Assembly (NCBI GenBank): GCA_964247055.1
Contig: OZ176051.1
Location: forward strand, 1,178,001-1,242,000
Reading direction: 5' to 3'
Length of the DNA stretch: 64,000 nucleotides
From: Paragordius varius
Taxonomy: Eukaryota; Animalia; Nematomorpha
The stretch's first letter is position 1. Every line of letters starts with the position of its first letter. The position numbers and the translations under genes are program-made. The notes under the pieces were generated by a model. The model worked only from the letters and a program-made list of their open reading frames with translations. It was not told the DNA's origin and did not search any database. This document shows positions 62,691 through 64,000 of this stretch, piece after piece.

Positions 62691-64000
62691 TTATCGTCCA
62701 CGATTTCCACCACCTAAAAAACATATGAGATTACTGTAAAGCTAAGAAAAAAACAATGTTAAAGATTAGGGGGAAACATATTTTTTGATTTATCTATGCG
62801 TCGACATTTTTTTAGTAACCTATTGGCATCTCTATTTTTTACTTTCGACCCAAAACAATAGGAAATATGAAAAAATCAAGAAAACAAGGTTTTTCTAAAT
62901 AATCCCATATTAATTATGTTAACCTTTTAATAATATGTCCGTAAAATTTCAATTAGATCCAAATAAGAAAAAAAATAAAAATAACCTCTGCGATTGCCTC
63001 CGAAATTGTGATAAGGAGTTCCGCCCCCTCGTCCGCCAGACTTTCCGCCCCCTCGATTCCGGATGGGACCTCCTCCGCCGCCGGAACCCCAATTATTGCC
63101 TCCACCAAAATCGCCACCTGAATGCGCAAAAAAATATAAAAAGATTGTTTATCTTTGTAAAATAACTTGATGAATCTTCCTAAAAACTAATATGTTTCAT
63201 GGACTGAATTACCCAATTTATAATAAATGTGTATTTAGTATTGTTTTCACAAACATAAATAATTAATTTTAAATAAAACAGTTTCGATTTGCCATATAAA
63301 TTGAATAATCAAGTACAAACTATCGCATATTTAATAAAATTCTTAACAAAAAAAATTTAAGTTAAATTTATATAAGTATTGACTCACTCATATTAAAGGA
63401 GGTATCAGACCCAGCACCACCAAAAAAGCCAGGAGATCCTCCGAAATCAGAACCTCCCCCTCCTCCCCCATTAAATCCGCCCCCATTTAAAGAAAAGGCA
63501 GGATTTCCGAAATTGCCAACGCCGCCAGCAGAACCGTTTCCCATCATACCACCCCCGGGTGGGCCGCCAAATCCTTGCATCATGGCTAAAATTTTATTTA
63601 TAAAATCTTTTTTTATAATCGAAAAAACCAAACCATATTGTTTGAAAAAAACCGTAAAAATGAAATTTAAAGGCATACAATTTTTTTTTCAAATAGAAAT
63701 TATATTTTTAATGAATATATTGTTTAAAATTGCGAACTTAATTCTATAATCCCAATTATCATGAAAAATAGAAGATTTTCTTAATCTTAAAATATCCTTC
63801 ATTTTTAGAAATTATCAATTTTTAAAAAAAAGCTAAAAATTATTTAAAGTGTAGAAAAACCCTCACCATTTGGATTACAAGCCGCGGCAGCTGCAGCAAT
63901 CTGTTGCATGAAACCGTTTGAACCAAACATCATTGACTGCAAACTATTAAAGTCAAAACCGCCCCCAGGTCCTCCCCCATTCGGACCGTCAAAGAAATTG
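62691..64000 (-). CDS. 3' part of a Gly-rich low-complexity protein, probably an hnRNP A/B- or Musashi-like RNA-binding protein (RRMs would lie beyond the window). Exons >64000-63867, 63585-63388, 63117-62986, 62713-62691
   Basis: Phase-consistent splices give ..GGGPGGGFDF..MMQGFGGPPGGGMMG..GDFGGGNNWGSGGGGGPIRNRGGGKSGGRGGGTPYHNFGGNRRGGGNRGR*. The RGG/FGG tail is typical of hnRNP prion-like domains; the family call is an inference. Confidence 0.7.

Noticed and set aside
4722-63749. ORFs antisense to or overlapping real genes (e.g. 4722, 5571, 18685, 27266, 28648, 29277, 32910, 37181, 38045, 38550, 41186, 56752, 62935, 63513)
   Set aside because: Shadow ORFs of coding sequence with no independent motifs.
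1-64000. Prokaryotic, phage or CRISPR interpretation of the repeated segments
   Set aside because: Genes are spliced animal orthologues, and the repeats are long, diverged and bounded by Helitron ends. There is no constant repeat with unique spacers.
1-64000. tRNA, rRNA, snRNA, spliced-leader or telomeric repeats
   Set aside because: No cloverleaf or T-loop context, snRNA 5' motifs, SL sequence or tandem telomere units were found by eye. A covariance-model scan was not possible.

Overview
Very AT-rich (roughly a quarter GC by eye) eukaryotic, almost certainly animal, genomic DNA. No prokaryotic features, CRISPR, tRNA or rRNA were seen. Manual splice-aware reading gives seven recognisable or partly recognisable intron-containing genes: DDX56/DBP9 helicase (-), a secreted tandem ZP-N protein (+), CEBPZ/NOC1 (+), TBPL1/TRF2 (-), mitochondrial ATPase inhibitor IF1 (+, absent from the ORF track), a >1880-codon SynGAP/DAB2IP/RASAL2-family RasGAP (-) and the Gly-rich 3' end of an hnRNP-like gene (-). 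There is also an orphan coiled-coil gene (+). The main signal is spliceosomal GT-AG introns of only 22-28 nt in housekeeping genes, next to a RasGAP gene whose 18 introns are all >=65 nt. Intergenic DNA is a nested transposon landscape: six copies of one non-autonomous Helitron family with a variable ~325-bp internal array, a full-length hAT with 8-bp TSD, three smaller hAT elements, a TTAA piggyBac-like MITE inserted into itself, a foldback element and a rearranged Ty3/gypsy relic. All calls come from reading the sequence and from remembered family motifs; no database search was run.
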